Shown here: piece by piece, positions 25,046 to 35,935 of the stretch | Layout: each line of letters opens with the position of its first letter | How positions within the stretch are numbered: the first letter of the stretch is position 1 | IMG/VR virus record: IMGVR_UViG_3300020172_006270 | Coordinates: 62,001-126,000 of that record | DNA length: 64,000 nt | Direction: 5' to 3' (one strand) | Position numbers and translations under genes: made by a program | The notes under the pieces: model-generated | Told to the model about the DNA's origin: nothing | Database searches by the model: none | Seen by the model: only the letters and a program-made list of their open reading frames with translations

Positions 25046-26100
25046 GCGATGAAGTCTTGATCTTTAGTGACATTCACATTCACCCGCACAAGCGGAGCAA
25101 TGACCGATTAGAGCATTGCCTGAAGGCACTCGATTGGGTATTCGATGTTGCTGAACAACGGGGTATCACTCAAATCTTATTCGGCGGCGACCTATATCAC
25201 GACCGCCAAAAGATCGAGGTTTATACCTACCAGAGAACATTTGAAACTCTGGAGAAGCGTCTTCGTGGCGGCAAATTCAAACTATATTTGCTGCTGGGAA
25301 ATCACGACCTGTGGTATAACGATAAAACCTCGGTCAGTAGCGTGATCCCATTGTCGGCCTTGCCCGGCGTGCAGATTATATCGCAGCCTGAACGACTCAA
25401 TATCGCTGGATCGAATTGGGACTTTATCCCATTCACTCACAATCCGATAACCACTCTGGAAGAACTCAAGAAAAAGTCGGGCAACCCAGAATACGCTCTG
25501 GGACATATTGCCATCGACGGTGCCATTCTTCATGGCACTCAATATTCTGATGTTGCGATTGAACACGACGGCGACATGGTGAGTGTTGGCGTTAGCTTAT
25601 TCGATCACTATAAGCACACCTTCCTTGGTCACTATCACGCCGAACAGAGGGTCAATGAGAAGGTTGAATATGTTGGATCGCCATTGGAACTATCCTTTGG
25701 CGAAGCCTTCCAGAAAAAGCACATTATCGCTTTCAATGGCAAGACTGGCAAAAGGACGTATATCCCGAACGATTTCAGTCCGGTCCATTTGGTCATTGGC
25801 ATCAAGGATAAAGACAAATACGATCTGACCAATAATTTCGTTCGTATTAAAGTGGATGACATCGGAGCAACCGATTTGGTTGCCATGCGTAAAGAGATGC
25901 TGGAATCCAACAATATGGGCAGCTTGGAAATCAAGCAGCAAAAAAAGATATTGGACCAGCATGTAATCCAAGACGCCAAAGCTATCTTATACACGGGCGA
26001 TGAAATGCTCGCCAAGTATGTTGATGAGATTGGTCCCAAGAATCTTGACCGAGATGAACTTCTCCGTATCGGTCGCAAAATATGTCAAAAAGTGGAATGA
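25042..26100 (+). CDS. gp47/SbcD-like recombination nuclease subunit
   Basis: FSDIH, GGDLY, LGNHD, GHYH, YVGSP. Confidence 0.92.
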   Translation: MSDEVLIFSDIHIHPHKRSNDRLEHCLKALDWVFDVAEQRGITQILFGGDLYHDRQKIEVYTYQRTFETLEKRLRGGKFKLYLLLGNHDLWYNDKTSVSSVIPLSALPGVQIISQPERLNIAGSNWDFIPFTHNPITTLEELKKKSGNPEYALGHIAIDGAILHGTQYSDVAIEHDGDMVSVGVSLFDHYKHTFLGHYHAEQRVNEKVEYVGSPLELSFGEAFQKKHIIAFNGKTGKRTYIPNDFSPVHLVIGIKDKDKYDLTNNFVRIKVDDIGATDLVAMRKEMLESNNMGSLEIKQQKKILDQHVIQDAKAILYTGDEMLAKYVDEIGPKNLDRDELLRIGRKICQKVE

Positions 26101-26101
26101 T

Positions 26102-26848
26102 ATGAAAAACTATGTGGTAACTGGTTTTGATGAAGAATATTGGCACTTGTGGGGTGCATCCTGGTTGGTTTCTCTTCGAGAACTCGCCAAGTTCGATCCA
26201 GAACACATAGTCATTGTTGGCTTTAATCTCTCTGACAACACAAAAGCCAAAATTCAAGAAACCGGGGCAATGCTTTTCCCCGGTGTTTCTTCTGGCGATA
26301 TACGATCCGATACGCTGCGGGCCATCACTGACTTCGCAAAAAAAGAAGCGGCCATATTTGCGTATTGGGATGCTGATGTTTATTTTCAAGAAGACATCGG
26401 TGAGGTATTCAAGATCGCCAAAGACGATTTAGTTGTATCGTCTAATCGTAGCCCTGGTTTTTTAGCTGGACCATCGTACCAGTGGATGTGCGTCCAAGAT
26501 GTTTTGAACATTATGTCGTTCATGAACGACAAGGGGAATGTTCACGAATGTCTGACAACTCACTTCAGCAAGTTCATCACAAAGATCGACAGCACTTGGA
26601 ACTTCACGGATATTCCTCATCTTAAAGATGTCGGTGGCAAGTTGGCTTATAAAGGAAAAATCCAGAAGGTTGTTCACCCAACTGGACAGATCAAACGAAC
26701 GCTCAACAATAGAAACATTTTCTTCTGGGAGCGACACAAAGAGCTATATCAGTCAGTGGACCGCAAAAAGACAGTCGTTCGTAAATTGATGCCAAAGAGT
26801 GGGCTTAATCGTATTGCAGCAATAGACTCGGATTTGCTAACTGATTGA
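26102..26848 (+). CDS. glycosyltransferase-like hypothetical protein
   Basis: YWDADVYFQ (DxD), STWNF. Confidence 0.55.
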   Translation: MKNYVVTGFDEEYWHLWGASWLVSLRELAKFDPEHIVIVGFNLSDNTKAKIQETGAMLFPGVSSGDIRSDTLRAITDFAKKEAAIFAYWDADVYFQEDIGEVFKIAKDDLVVSSNRSPGFLAGPSYQWMCVQDVLNIMSFMNDKGNVHECLTTHFSKFITKIDSTWNFTDIPHLKDVGGKLAYKGKIQKVVHPTGQIKRTLNNRNIFFWERHKELYQSVDRKKTVVRKLMPKSGLNRIAAIDSDLLTD

Positions 26849-26860
26849 ATAAAACCAAAT

Positions 26861-27211
26861 TTAAGGCGTAACAAATTTACAGATTTCAGCGTCATGGATT
26901 TCAGATGTGATAATTAGTTGTTGGGTTTGATCCACGATAAATTCAAAATTCATACCAATTCCAATCCAATTTTCTTTTCCAATTAGACTTCCAGTCTTTG
27001 TCGAACCCACTGGGCTGATTAAAGTGGGTATAGAAAAGCGCAGACTTTGATTTGGCAATCTTCCTCCAACAATCATGGCCTTTTGATTTTCAATCAATTC
27101 TAATTCGTAGCTAGAATTTTTGGTTTTTAATATGATTTTGGTTCTTGGGGGCAACTTTCCAAAATCGAATCCTTTATCTTCGCAAACATTTTTTTTCATT
27201 AAGTTAAACAT
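26861..27211 (-). CDS. hypothetical protein (AT-rich, opposite orientation)
   Basis: RBS GGGAG; KTKNSSYEL...IGIGMNFEF. Confidence 0.7.
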   Translation of the reverse strand: MFNLMKKNVCEDKGFDFGKLPPRTKIILKTKNSSYELELIENQKAMIVGGRLPNQSLRFSIPTLISPVGSTKTGSLIGKENWIGIGMNFEFIVDQTQQLIITSEIHDAEICKFVTP

Positions 27212-27374
27212 AGACTCCCTTATTGCATAACAATCACAATTTATTTACCATAAATCACTCAATTTCATTTCTAAAGTTGAGAACAATTCATGGAAGCAAT
27301 CAAACGACCAGAATTCTTAAATTGTCAAAGAGTGGGCTTAACAGCAATATAAATAACAATAAATAACAATCGTA

Positions 27375-27403
27375 TTGCAGCACATTGCGAGAAGTTCTAT
27401 ACT
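27375..27403 (+). promoter_or_regulatory. sigma70 promoter, probably giving a leaderless gp46 mRNA
   Basis: TTGCAG-17nt-TATACT, 6 nt before ATG 27410. Confidence 0.6.
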
Positions 27404-27409
27404 GTCCGC

Positions 27410-29458
27410 ATGAGAAACCTAACCTTCAAACACATTGCAGCTTGGAATTTCTTGCCCTTCGGTCCCGAAGGCATTCAGTTCCCGTTAAATAAATATGGGA
27501 ACATCATTTTGATTCGTGGAGAGAATCGAGATGCCAGGGCAATTGAGAATCAATTGCCTGATGGACAATCTGAAGAATGCAAGACGAGCAGTAATGGTTC
27601 TGGCAAAAGCTCGCTTCAAGAAATCATTGTTTACGGTCTGTTTGGCAAGACCGTAAAACAAAAATTAGGTGTCAACGATGTCGTTCATAATATTGAACGC
27701 AAAGACTGCAAGATCGAACTTATCTTTGGTGATTATCGCATCATCAGAACACGTTCTGAAGGTGGCGTTAAAACAAAAAACAGCCTGAGACTGTGGGAAA
27801 GTGCCGATGGCATTTGGGACAAAACCACAGAGATCACTCAAGGCACAATGCCGACCACTCAGAAGCAGATCGAAAGCATCATTGGCTTGTCCTATGATGC
27901 CTTTGTGAATATGTGCATATTCACGGACGATCAACGCTTGTGCTTCTTGGAGTGCGATAATCCCCACAAGAAAGAGATCGTAGAAAATCTGCTTTCATTG
28001 GGTGAATATCGAGAGTGGCATGAGAACGCCAAAGAGTTGCGTAAGGCCATCAAGCAGAATATCGACTCGAAGGCCAAAGAATATAACTTGCTATTGTCCA
28101 ACAAGGATGATGCGAATCGTCGTCTTTTGTTGACTGAGAAAAAGCATACTGATTGGCAACTCGCAAAGACGACGGAGATTGCTACACTTGAGAAGTCGAT
28201 CCTGACAAAGAAGCAAGCTCTTGCATCTACAGACAACGGAGCGGCACTTCTGGCCTATCAAGAGGCTCAGGCCAAGATTACCTCAATCAATGATGCCTTG
28301 CCTCCTTTGGAGGTTTCTAAGGCTGACTTTGAGAAGAAGCTCCAATTGGTAAAGGAAAAGGAAGCCGAGATTAAAGTCGAGGCCCAAGAACTCACCAAGC
28401 AATTCGGAGAGTTCTCCACGACTGCCAAAACCAAGTTGGCCGACCGCAAAAAGAAAGAAGCTGAGATTGCTGACTTGGAAAGCAATACGCCCGGCACCCG
28501 TTGCAATAAGTGCCGAAGTGTTGTTGAAGAGGAAAATATCGTTGAATATGTTAATGGTCTGAAATTAGAGATCAACGACATCAATCTTGATATTCAAACT
28601 GCTATGACTGGCGGTAAAGATGTCGCTGCCAAAACCGAAGAACTGAAGCGGCGACAAGACAAAGCTGCGACGATGGTAAAGGCCGTCGAAGCGAAAATTG
28701 CTTCTATCGACAATGAGCTTAGATCATTGCGAAACGATTTGGTCATCGCATCTAAAGTGCGTGAGCCAAAGGCTGACAGTTCTGAAGCTCTCCTGGAACA
28801 AGAGATTGCTCAGATCAAGAATTCAGTCGAAAGTAAGAAGACTGAATTAGCGGGTCGTTCGCCATATCAGGATATTATCGACAACGATAAAGTCGAACTT
28901 GATAGGGTTACGCTTAATGTGGCCGATAAAGAACTTGAGGTAAAAACCCTCGAAACAGAATTGCCATATCTTGATTATTGGATTGCCGGGTTCGGAGAGC
29001 AGGGCATTCGCAAATGGGTTGTGGAAGGCATTATTCCAGAACTCAATACTCGCATCAATTATTGGCTTCAGTTCCTTATCGACAATAAGATCACTCTGAA
29101 ATTCGATAATGAGTTGAACGAAAAAATTGAGCGTAATCCTGTGGATGGTGATCCGTATGTATATCACGCCATGTCCACGGGCCAACGGCGTCGGCTTAAT
29201 CTCGCCGTGAGCCAATCGTTCGCACACGTCATGACCATTAGCTCCGGGTCCATTCCGTCTATTGTGTTTCTTGATGAAGTAAGCACCAACGTCGATCCTC
29301 TGGGCGTCCAGGGCATTTACAATATGATCTGTGAATTGGCCGAGGATAAACAAGTATTTGTAACCACTCACGACCCAGACCTCCTTCGTATGCTCGAAGG
29401 AGCAGACGTTATTAAGCTGGTTCACGAGAATGGGTATACAAAATTGGTTCAAGAATGA
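27410..29458 (+). CDS. gp46/SbcC/Rad50-like ATPase
   Basis: NGSGKSS, Zn-hook CNKC, MSTGQ signature, FLDE, TTH. Confidence 0.95.
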   Translation: MRNLTFKHIAAWNFLPFGPEGIQFPLNKYGNIILIRGENRDARAIENQLPDGQSEECKTSSNGSGKSSLQEIIVYGLFGKTVKQKLGVNDVVHNIERKDCKIELIFGDYRIIRTRSEGGVKTKNSLRLWESADGIWDKTTEITQGTMPTTQKQIESIIGLSYDAFVNMCIFTDDQRLCFLECDNPHKKEIVENLLSLGEYREWHENAKELRKAIKQNIDSKAKEYNLLLSNKDDANRRLLLTEKKHTDWQLAKTTEIATLEKSILTKKQALASTDNGAALLAYQEAQAKITSINDALPPLEVSKADFEKKLQLVKEKEAEIKVEAQELTKQFGEFSTTAKTKLADRKKKEAEIADLESNTPGTRCNKCRSVVEEENIVEYVNGLKLEINDINLDIQTAMTGGKDVAAKTEELKRRQDKAATMVKAVEAKIASIDNELRSLRNDLVIASKVREPKADSSEALLEQEIAQIKNSVESKKTELAGRSPYQDIIDNDKVELDRVTLNVADKELEVKTLETELPYLDYWIAGFGEQGIRKWVVEGIIPELNTRINYWLQFLIDNKITLKFDNELNEKIERNPVDGDPYVYHAMSTGQRRRLNLAVSQSFAHVMTISSGSIPSIVFLDEVSTNVDPLGVQGIYNMICELAEDKQVFVTTHDPDLLRMLEGADVIKLVHENGYTKLVQE

Positions 29459-29499
29459 AGTTCATGCCATACTTGAAGCCAGTCAATTCGGTAGCTCTT

Positions 29500-29538
29500 G
29501 CAAGACATAAGTTACATTTAGAATAACTTATGTCTTGC
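29500..29538. repeat. perfect 15-bp inverted repeat
   Basis: GCAAGACATAAGTTA-N9-TAACTTATGTCTTGC. Confidence 0.8.
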
Positions 29539-29667
29539 CTTAAAAGACCCTAAAAGCTATTATTGTGACCCCCGACAATAATAGTCAAAAATTTCGTCTC
29601 ATAACGACTAGCTACCTTCCCAGCAAACAAGACCAACCAAGAATTTGGAAGAAGGAAAGAGGAAAAA

Positions 29668-31926
29668 ATGTCTATAAAGGCTTTACAGGAATACACTTAC
29701 GTCAGCAGATATGCTCGATTTAACGAAAAAGAAAAACGAAGAGAGACATGGAACGAAGCGGTCGAGCGAGTGATGCAGATGCACATTCGCAAGTTCCCGC
29801 ATATGGCTGAAGTGATTAAATCAGCATTTGAAAAAGTTGAGCATAAATTAGTTTTAGGCTCACAAAGAGCGCTCCAATTTGGCGGCAAGCCAATTGAACA
29901 AAAAAATGCCCGCATGTACAACTGCTGCGTGTCATTCTGTGACAGAGTTCGGTTCTTCCAGGAAACATTCTGGCTTCTATTGTGCGGTTGCGGCACAGGT
30001 TTTTCTGTGCAACATCATCATATTGCGAAACTGCCTGATTTCCACGAAAGCCGTACAAATGGACAGGCTCACAAAAAGCGAAAGCATATCATTCCCGACT
30101 CAATCGAGGGCTGGTCTGATGCTTTGGGCATTTTGTTGGCAACATACATGCCTCACGAAGAATTTTCAGAATGGTATGGTTGCGATGTAACATTTGACTT
30201 TTCAGAAATTCGACCAGCCGGTGCTGTATTGGCATCTGGCGTTGGTAAGGCCCCAGGGCCAGAGCCACTGCGACGTTCACTAGAGATTATTCGTAAGCTC
30301 CTGGATGATCGCTGCCAACACTTCAATCGTCTGCGGTCTATTGACGCATACGATATTGTCATGCACGCCAGCGATGCTGTGTTGAGTGGTGGCGTGCGTC
30401 GTTCAGCTACCATCTGCTTGTTCTCGGCAGACGACATGGAAATGCGTAAAGCCAAGACTGGTAATTGGTTTACGGACAATCCTCAACGTGCAAGGTCCAA
30501 CAACTCTATGTTGCTCATTCGTGGTGAAACCACCAAAGAGCAATTTGAAGAGGCAATGAAGGACGTAAAAGAATTCGGCGAGCCTGGATTCGTATTCGCT
30601 GACCATCGTGATTTTCTTGTCAACCCATGTGTTGAAATCGGCATGTGGCCGGTTCACTGGAAGACTGGTGTTTCTGGTTGGCAAATGTGCAATCTTTGCG
30701 AAATCAATGGTCGCAAGATTAAGACTAAAGAAGATTTTGCCATTGCCGCCAAAGCTGCTGCTATTATTGGAACGCTTCAGGCTTCATATACAAACTTTGA
30801 ATATCTTGGTCAAACATCCAAGGAGATTGTCGAACGAGAAGCGTTGTTGGGCGTCAGCATTACGGGCATGATGGATAATCCTGATATTATCTTCGATGAG
30901 AAGACTCAGCAGGAAATGGCAAAGCTCATTCTGGATACGAACGAGTGGATGGCCAAGCAGATCGGCATCAATCCAGCCGCTCGTGCAACATGCGTAAAGC
31001 CAGCCGGTACGACTAGCTGCATTCTTGGTAGCGCCAGTGGCATTCACCCGCATCACGCCAAGCGATATTTCCGTCGTATTCAGGGCAACTATATGGAAGC
31101 CCCGCTGCAATACTTCAAGGAACGCAATGGCATTGCTGTTGAAAAGTCTGTATGGAGTGCCAACAAGACCGACGAGGTTATTACGTTCTGCGTCGAAGTT
31201 CCCGATGGAGCGAAGACCAAGAATCAGTTGTCTGCATTGAAGCTCCTGGAACACGTTAAGAGTACACAGGCAAATTGGGTCATGGCTGGAACACGTCCTG
31301 AGCTTTGCACCCAGCCTTGGCTTACTCACAACGTCTCCAATACGATCAACGTGCGTCTCGACGAATGGGAAGGCATCACAGATTACATCTACGACAATAG
31401 GAATTTCTTTGCAGGCATTGCATTGCTTCCTCAGTCGGGCGACCTGGATTATCCCCAGGCTCCAATGTGTACGGTACACACCGCCCGTGAAATTGTTCAG
31501 ATGTATGGCGAAGGCAGCTTGTTCGCCAGCGGACTTATTGTCGATGGCCTGCGTGCCTTTGATGATAATCTATGGGCAGCGTGCGTAACCGTTCTTGGTC
31601 ATGGCGAGCCTTTGGTTGAACCCAAAATGCCCGAATCGCCACGCTTGCCTGAAAACTATGAAGAGTGGAGCCAATGGGAAGCTCTGCATTGTGTTTGGGA
31701 GGCGAAGAAGGATTTTGTCCGTCGTGCCGTTCAATTCGCCAACCGATATTTTGAAGGCGATGCTCGACATATGACGCATTGTCTCAAGGAAGTTCACAAT
31801 TGGAAGCTCTGGCAAGATTTGAACAGAGAATATAAAGATGTGGATTATTCGACGATGATCGAGGAAACCGACGAAACTAAGCCGATGGACACGATTGCGT
31901 GTGCCGGTGGAGCTTGTGCAATCTGA
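29668..31926 (+). CDS. nrdJ: ribonucleotide reductase large subunit, class II (NrdJ-like)
   Basis: YNCC, GVRRSA, NPCVEI, CNLCE, TCVKPAGT, C-terminal ACAGGAC. Confidence 0.88.
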   Translation: MSIKALQEYTYVSRYARFNEKEKRRETWNEAVERVMQMHIRKFPHMAEVIKSAFEKVEHKLVLGSQRALQFGGKPIEQKNARMYNCCVSFCDRVRFFQETFWLLLCGCGTGFSVQHHHIAKLPDFHESRTNGQAHKKRKHIIPDSIEGWSDALGILLATYMPHEEFSEWYGCDVTFDFSEIRPAGAVLASGVGKAPGPEPLRRSLEIIRKLLDDRCQHFNRLRSIDAYDIVMHASDAVLSGGVRRSATICLFSADDMEMRKAKTGNWFTDNPQRARSNNSMLLIRGETTKEQFEEAMKDVKEFGEPGFVFADHRDFLVNPCVEIGMWPVHWKTGVSGWQMCNLCEINGRKIKTKEDFAIAAKAAAIIGTLQASYTNFEYLGQTSKEIVEREALLGVSITGMMDNPDIIFDEKTQQEMAKLILDTNEWMAKQIGINPAARATCVKPAGTTSCILGSASGIHPHHAKRYFRRIQGNYMEAPLQYFKERNGIAVEKSVWSANKTDEVITFCVEVPDGAKTKNQLSALKLLEHVKSTQANWVMAGTRPELCTQPWLTHNVSNTINVRLDEWEGITDYIYDNRNFFAGIALLPQSGDLDYPQAPMCTVHTAREIVQMYGEGSLFASGLIVDGLRAFDDNLWAACVTVLGHGEPLVEPKMPESPRLPENYEEWSQWEALHCVWEAKKDFVRRAVQFANRYFEGDARHMTHCLKEVHNWKLWQDLNREYKDVDYSTMIEETDETKPMDTIACAGGACAI

Positions 31927-32052
31927 TTTGTTGCCGCATGGTTGTATAGTCCATGCGGCGTAGAGATCGCTTGCTTATTTTCTCGGATTGCATTATGCTT
32001 TACTCCCATATGTAAGCAACTGGAAAAAGGCCAACTATATGTGGGAGCGAGC

Positions 32053-33702
32053 ATGTGCAAGTATTTAATTGTCGTCGGTGGTGTGATCTCAGGAACGGGG
32101 AAGGGCGTCTCAGCAGCGAGTGTTGGCCTTTTGTTGAAGTTTCGTGGCCATAATATCACCCTTGTAAAATTTGACCCGTATCTGAACACCAATGCCGGAA
32201 TTCTGGCTCCCCGTGAACACGGGGAGTGTTTTCTCTGCGATGATGGCACGGAAACTGACCTCGATCTCGGCCACTATGAGCGTATTGCTGGCATCAATGT
32301 CAACAAGATGAATATTTGCACGTCCGGGACGTTGCACAAGGAGTTGATCGAGGAGCAGGAATCAGGCAAATACCTCGGCCAAACCATTCAGCTTATTCCC
32401 CATTTGACGGATAAAATCCAACAACGTCTGGTGGATTTGGGCAAAGATAAAGATGTCGTTATTGTTGAGATTGGTGGCACTGTTGGCGATAGCGAGAGTT
32501 TCGCCTTCTTTGAAGCCATGCGACAATTCAAACAGAAGTTCAAAGACGACGTATTGATCGCTATGGTCGCTCCCATTCTGTGGGTGAATACGATCAAGGA
32601 ATTCAAGACAAAGCCCCTCCAAAACAGCGTGAAAGAGCTTCAGCGGCATGGCTTGCAGCCCGATGTGATTTTCTGCCGTGTAGATCGAGCCATCCCAGAG
32701 AAGTTGTTGGCCAAAGTCTCAATGCTCACCAACGTAAAGCGTGAGTGCATTTTCGACGCTCCAGACGTTCAGAGCATTTATCAAGTTCCGCTGGAGTTCT
32801 ATGATCGGCACGTTGACGATCTTTTCGTTGACCTTTTCCGATTGAATCGGAGCGCTTGCCGCATTCACAAATATCGTGAAGTTGTAGAAAAATACGTTGC
32901 TAACCATATGCCAGCTATCGAGATCGGTGTATTTGGCAAGTACGACAATTGCGACGAAGCGTATATGTCCCTGAAGGAATCTTTGATTCACGCCGGTATT
33001 GCCAATGATGTTCGTGTAAACATCAAATGGATCAGGGCTGATGAATTGGAGAAATATAAAGACCTTCGAGGTATTCATAAGCATTTTGAGGGCTTGGATG
33101 GCATCGTTGTCCCCGGTGGCTTCGACAATCGAGGTACTGAGGGCAAGATTAAAGCTATTCAATACGTTCGTGAGAAGAAGATTCCGTTCTTGGGTATTTG
33201 CCTGGGCCTCCAGTGTGCAGTTATTGAATTCGCCCGAAATGAGTGCGATTTAGACGGAGCCAATAGCCTTGAATTTAACAAGGAAACTCCGTATCCGGTC
33301 ATTCACTTCGTTGAAGGGCAAGAAAAGCTGAACAAAAAATCAGCCAATATGCGATTGGGGTCGTATGAGTGTGAATTGACCAAGGATAGTATTGCCGCCG
33401 AAGTTTATGGCAAGCCTCTTATTAGCGAACGCCATCGCCACCGATATGAAGTCAATCCAGAGTTTGCCGATCAATATGCCAAGCGTGGATTGAAGATTAG
33501 CGGTCGAAATCCTGATTCTGGACTCATTGAAATGATGGAATTGGATCGCAATATCCATCCTTATTTCATTGGCACCCAAGCTCACCCGGAATTCAAAAGC
33601 AGGCTAATGAACGCCGCTCCGTTGTTCCGTGGGCTGATTGCGGCAGCAGTTCAGCACCGAGGATTGAAACTTCAGCCAGAGATTCCCGTAGAGTCTCAGT
33701 GA
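32053..33702 (+). CDS. pyrG: CTP synthase
   Basis: GGVISGTGKG, KFDPYLN, DLDLGHYER, GICLGLQ, ERHRHRYE, QAHPEF. Confidence 0.97.
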   Translation: MCKYLIVVGGVISGTGKGVSAASVGLLLKFRGHNITLVKFDPYLNTNAGILAPREHGECFLCDDGTETDLDLGHYERIAGINVNKMNICTSGTLHKELIEEQESGKYLGQTIQLIPHLTDKIQQRLVDLGKDKDVVIVEIGGTVGDSESFAFFEAMRQFKQKFKDDVLIAMVAPILWVNTIKEFKTKPLQNSVKELQRHGLQPDVIFCRVDRAIPEKLLAKVSMLTNVKRECIFDAPDVQSIYQVPLEFYDRHVDDLFVDLFRLNRSACRIHKYREVVEKYVANHMPAIEIGVFGKYDNCDEAYMSLKESLIHAGIANDVRVNIKWIRADELEKYKDLRGIHKHFEGLDGIVVPGGFDNRGTEGKIKAIQYVREKKIPFLGICLGLQCAVIEFARNECDLDGANSLEFNKETPYPVIHFVEGQEKLNKKSANMRLGSYECELTKDSIAAEVYGKPLISERHRHRYEVNPEFADQYAKRGLKISGRNPDSGLIEMMELDRNIHPYFIGTQAHPEFKSRLMNAAPLFRGLIAAAVQHRGLKLQPEIPVESQ

Positions 33703-33740
33703 TTTGGAGAAATTATGTGAATCCGTTCTCTAAATAGAGC

Positions 33741-34268
33741 ATGAGGTTCAAACAGTTTCTACTTAACGAGTCACAAGCCTATCTCGGTCAGAAGGTCGGC
33801 GATATATTGACCGCTGCGCAAGAATTGCGTGACGATGCTAACAATATGGGAACCAGGGACTTAACCCGATTCTCAGAGCGTATTGTCAATCAAATTCGCC
33901 GAATATTGCACAGTAATTGGCCCAGGGAAGAAAAGAAGCATTTATTGACGCTTCAAAAGGTCGGCGTTGCCTTAATGAAATCCATTGAGGAAAAAGACGA
34001 TCTACCTGGGACCGTTGCTGGTTGTGCTGCATCTCTTGAAAAGCTAGTCGGCGATCTTGGCGTGCCAATTCACAAATTGGCTACTACGGATTCGGCTCCA
34101 GAAGAAGACAATAAAGGCACAGATAAGCCACAAGACCAGTCCACTCCACCACCACAATCGACTACAATTGATAAAGCTGGCCCTGTCGCACCGCCAGCAG
34201 GTGGCACCGGCCAAGATTTGGCGGCACCGCCATTGGGTGGTAGCTCTGGTCCTATGGATGGCTTTTAA
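33741..34268 (+). CDS. hypothetical protein, possible internal head protein
   Basis: MRFKQFLLNE; TAAATA-N4-ATG upstream. Confidence 0.75.
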   Translation: MRFKQFLLNESQAYLGQKVGDILTAAQELRDDANNMGTRDLTRFSERIVNQIRRILHSNWPREEKKHLLTLQKVGVALMKSIEEKDDLPGTVAGCAASLEKLVGDLGVPIHKLATTDSAPEEDNKGTDKPQDQSTPPPQSTTIDKAGPVAPPAGGTGQDLAAPPLGGSSGPMDGF

Positions 34269-34720
34269 TGTACGATATAGAAAAAGAAAAACGTAAACTT
34301 GAACATATCAGGGATCGTTACTTTCGCCCTGTGATTGCATATCCTGCTGGTCATTTATGTCATCATGGGGATTGCAGTGTTCACAGAGCAATTGACGTTT
34401 ACGGCACAGCGGCTTGCACTTGTGGTTTCCTTCATGATTTAAGGATTGTGACTGAAAGCCTTAAATCAAAGTTGCATCCCGCCTTTTATGAAGAATTGTG
34501 TTTGGAAGATGGTCCTCCAAGAACTCCAACTCCAGAAGACAAAGAAGAAATGGAAAAGCTATTGGATAAGTTGGGGTTCAAACCTGCGGTCGGGCCATCA
34601 CCACAAGAATGGGAAGCTACTTGCATTCAAGATTGGGCGCTAGTCGAAGATGTCTTTGGAGAAGACTTCCGCAAACGAAAAGAAATTGAATGGCTGGCGC
34701 TAGATGACGAGGGGTACTAA
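34268..34720 (+). CDS. hypothetical protein
   Basis: CHHGDC..CTCG..HDL. Confidence 0.7.
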   Translation: MYDIEKEKRKLEHIRDRYFRPVIAYPAGHLCHHGDCSVHRAIDVYGTAACTCGFLHDLRIVTESLKSKLHPAFYEELCLEDGPPRTPTPEDKEEMEKLLDKLGFKPAVGPSPQEWEATCIQDWALVEDVFGEDFRKRKEIEWLALDDEGY

Positions 34721-35907
34721 TGTGTGGAATTGCTGGGTATATTGGCGAATCAAAAAAGCCCGTTCTTACCTACCAACTTATAACGAAGCTATTTGAGAAA
34801 AGTGAATGCCGAGGCATTGATGCTGCTGGTTATTGGGGAACAGAAAGTGGCGTCAACGGCAATGTCCTTTATCACAAAGAACCGGGCAAATCGAGTGCCT
34901 TCGTCAAGAAGGATGTTTGGAAGTTAGTGTCCAAGCATAATCCAAATCTCTTATTGGTTCATGCCCGTGGTGCATCCAAGGGTGTTGGCGAGCCAAGTAA
35001 CAATCACAATAATCATCCATTTACCAGCTTGGACAAATCAATAGGTTTGATTCACAATGGTCGTGTTGATGATTGTGAATATCATTCTCTGAAACAGAAA
35101 TACGGACTGCAAACTCAATGCGATTCAGAAATCCTACTCAGGATATTTGAATCTGGCGAGAGCTATTCATCTAAAGAATTAAAAGACTTCTTTGGTGATG
35201 CTGACCATCCTCAAAGGTTGGCTGGCATTCGTGATGTTTTCGGCCTCATCAATGAAGGACACATGGCCGTTGCTGTGGGTGAGCGAGGGCTGAATGGTAG
35301 TCGTATGCTATGGCTCTTTCGCAATCGTCACCGTCCCTTGTGGATTGTTGATATGCGAGAACCATTAGGTCAGGTCTTCTTTGTCTCCGAGCCGACCATA
35401 TGGGAAGAAGCCATTCATGAATGCTCAGGCATAAAAAGCCTAGCTCGCACACAGAAACTCATTGAGTTACCAACTGAAGAGATTTGGCAGTTCAAAGTTA
35501 CGCCTGAAGAAGCGTGTCCTAAGAATGTGCAGCGATTTGAAGTTTGCAAAGAAGGCTCAACGCCCTGGCAGTTTGATGGCAAGAAACACGATCCAGTTCA
35601 TCGCAATGGTTCGTTTGAAGTCATCACTGGCCTCGATGATAATGATCGTGTCCTTCATCCAGGCCAAAAGCCACAACCGGCTAAAGAGCGACCACTTCCT
35701 AAGATCGTTGAATGGGAAGAGTTCCCTTTATCCGAAGTGGAGAAGAAGTGCGATGAGATGATTGATGTGATTAACAATATACGCACATATACAGAACAAC
35801 TGGTTCAGGAACAATCAATACAGCGGCACGATTTCGATCAATTATTGCAAGACCTTGAACAGCAACGTCAAGACCTGGAGCAATTGAGTTCCATTATAGC
35901 TCGGTGA
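34720..35907 (+). CDS. class II (Ntn) glutamine amidotransferase domain protein
   Basis: MCGIAG, RGIDAAG, HAR, NNHPF, HNG, CDSE. Confidence 0.9.
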   Translation: MCGIAGYIGESKKPVLTYQLITKLFEKSECRGIDAAGYWGTESGVNGNVLYHKEPGKSSAFVKKDVWKLVSKHNPNLLLVHARGASKGVGEPSNNHNNHPFTSLDKSIGLIHNGRVDDCEYHSLKQKYGLQTQCDSEILLRIFESGESYSSKELKDFFGDADHPQRLAGIRDVFGLINEGHMAVAVGERGLNGSRMLWLFRNRHRPLWIVDMREPLGQVFFVSEPTIWEEAIHECSGIKSLARTQKLIELPTEEIWQFKVTPEEACPKNVQRFEVCKEGSTPWQFDGKKHDPVHRNGSFEVITGLDDNDRVLHPGQKPQPAKERPLPKIVEWEEFPLSEVEKKCDEMIDVINNIRTYTEQLVQEQSIQRHDFDQLLQDLEQQRQDLEQLSSIIAR

Positions 35908-35935
35908 TCCCTATATAATAAGTAGGAGATACACC

